NCBI GenBank assembly: GCA_950097015.1 | Contig: CATNEN010000033.1 | Span: 1,178,001-1,242,000 of the forward strand | Direction: 5' to 3' | DNA: 64,000 nt | Source of the DNA: Macrostomum hystrix | Taxonomy: Eukaryota > Animalia > Platyhelminthes | Part shown: in pieces, positions 62,241 to 64,000 of the stretch | How positions within the stretch are numbered: the stretch's first letter is position 1 | How the letters are laid out: every line of letters begins with the position of its first letter | The notes under the pieces: generated by a model | Database searches by the model: none | The model's input: the letters and a program-made list of their open reading frames with translations, nothing else | Told to the model about the DNA's origin: nothing | Program-made: the position numbers and the translations under genes

Positions 62241-63129
62241 AAAATTGACTGTAAGTCGCACAGATTCCATAGGCGAAGAGAGCGTCAAAGTTTCTAACAA
62301 CAAAAAGCTAGCTGAAAACGATATCCTTCTCGACTGATAAAGCCCAGTGACGGAGCGAGTGGTCTCAGAGTTGACCTGCATCTTCTTTGAGCTCGGCCGC
62401 ACAGCTGAGTCGGAAATGGGAGCGGGCTGAGTGTGTGAAGTCGGGCAGTCGGGGGATCTCCTGACACTCCCGCTGTGCATTTCCTAAGATGCAAATCAAG
62501 CGTGCCTGAAGCCCATTATGCAATCATTGCTGCTTACGGCTGGGCAGGTTCTTTTGGGGACGCCGGGGAAAGGGGATCTTTAACGAAAGTGGGAAGAGAG
62601 TTTGAGGCTGGCTAGATAGGAATGAGGATTGAAGGTGGGGAGGGTAAGTCTGCTGCTGCTGCTGCTCTCGGACTCGAGTTGCGTAATTGATAAACGAGGT
62701 CTTTCCACGTTTCGGGAGCTGCTTACCGACCTTCCCCTCCCCAGTTCCTTGGCCTACCGGCTCAAATCACTGGCGCTAGTGCGTGCGAGGTGAGTCTAAA
62801 AGCATGACAGATAATGAGACAACAGTAATAGAGACACGTCAGTGGCTGGTACAGATTAAGGAGCTAGATAGTGAAACAGAAGGGGCTTGAGTAAAACACA
62901 GAGAAAATTAATGCTCACATCTGAATAATGGTGGACAGATGACTAGTGGCTGTGTGGGTAAAATGTGATGACGCAAATCGCATGACAAGCCCCCCAAGCC
63001 TTCTCTCCGCGGCTGCGGCACAAATGAATGTGGCCTCGCCGCGGAATCGAGTTCAGGGACCTTGGTGAGAGAGGCAGACGCGTTAGACCGCTCTGCCACT
63101 CACCCTCGGTGAATAGAGGCGAGTAAATT

Positions 63130-63228
63130 TGGATAGAGGTGGATAGAGGTGGATAAAGGTGGATAAAGGTGGATAGAGATGGATAGAGGTGGATAGAGGT
63201 GGATAGAGGTTGATAGAGGTGGGTAGAG
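63130..63228. repeat. 10-bp tandem repeat (ggatagaggt)
   Basis: About 9-10 copies. Confidence 0.9.
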
Positions 63229-64000
63229 GGTTTCGGATTTGGATCAGCTATCAGCCGCAGAAGTCCAACAATTCCCTCACATGACAAGGGTCAGTTTATC
63301 CAGTTCTTTGGGGATACTTTTGCCCTAGCCAAGTATCCCCGCTCCCAGTGCTTCACCTATTTGGACTCCAACGCAGTTCAGCAGGGGGGGGGCATGATTG
63401 CCTCCGCTATCCAGAAGTCAAGCGGCAGGCTCTCCTGGCCTGAAGATGAAAGCTGTGGCCCCGCCAGCAAATTGGATGAATTATCGATCCAATCTCTTTG
63501 TCGAGTGGCCCAGCAACCAAACCCGCCAGTCCCTGAGAGTTTGTTGCTGTCCGGAGTCATCTCACTGAGCAGGGTGGGGTGGGCGCTGAGGCAAAAATGA
63601 GATTATTCCCCTTCTCCCACTGATTACACACAAGAAAGTATACACACACACCGATTGAGCTGGGTGCATTCTGAAAGCTGGCGCCTCGCCCTGGTCCTTC
63701 TCTTTCACTCTGTCAGGGCGATCCTTCTGCGCCACTGAAATCTTCTTTCACGTTTGGGCCAGAAACAATCGATTCTTGCTGTGTCTAGCTAGCCTTGGCT
63801 TATTATTAATTAGATGGACCCTGGCGGGCACTGTTGTTCCTAAGGATGGTAATCCTGTCTCGCTCGCTTCTGCATTATATGAAGATTATATGGGTGTGAA
63901 AGGAGGTGGGGTTGGCTAACCAAAGGGAAGGGGGACAGGCGATCGATAACTAACGGCCGCTAGAGAGTGTACACTACCCGATAAGGCGAAAGACAGAGCA

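Overview
Intron-containing animal genomic DNA with no CRISPR array, rRNA gene or intact tRNA gene. GC-rich coding exons with poly-Q/poly-A tracts, introns filled with minisatellites, a protostome-type intermediate filament and a Venus kinase receptor suggest a flatworm such as Macrostomum; this is inference. Genes built by hand from GT-AG sites: (1) minus-strand DxD glycosyltransferase (GT32/Gly_transf_sug-like), running off the left edge; (2) inositol polyphosphate multikinase (IPMK) with a candidate 21-nt microexon; (3) complete RhoA/Rho1 GTPase (193 aa); (4) multi-C2H2 zinc-finger gene with apparent frameshifts; (5) a 9-exon receptor tyrosine kinase of about 1335 aa with an extracellular Venus-flytrap module (Venus kinase receptor, VKR) and one apparent +1 frameshift; (6) cytoplasmic intermediate filament with lamin-tail domain and a candidate KSP/proline-rich cassette exon; (7) an orphan signal-peptide exon near the right end. 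Mobile DNA: a decayed Crypton-type tyrosine-recombinase element, a hAT-type MITE, a full-length tRNA/CORE-type SINE with a 10-bp TSD and two further SINE pieces. About 20 distinct tandem arrays, many with 22-23-bp or 44-bp units, account for most long ORFs in the ORF track; those ORFs are artefacts. Exon coordinates were counted by hand and array boundaries are approximate.
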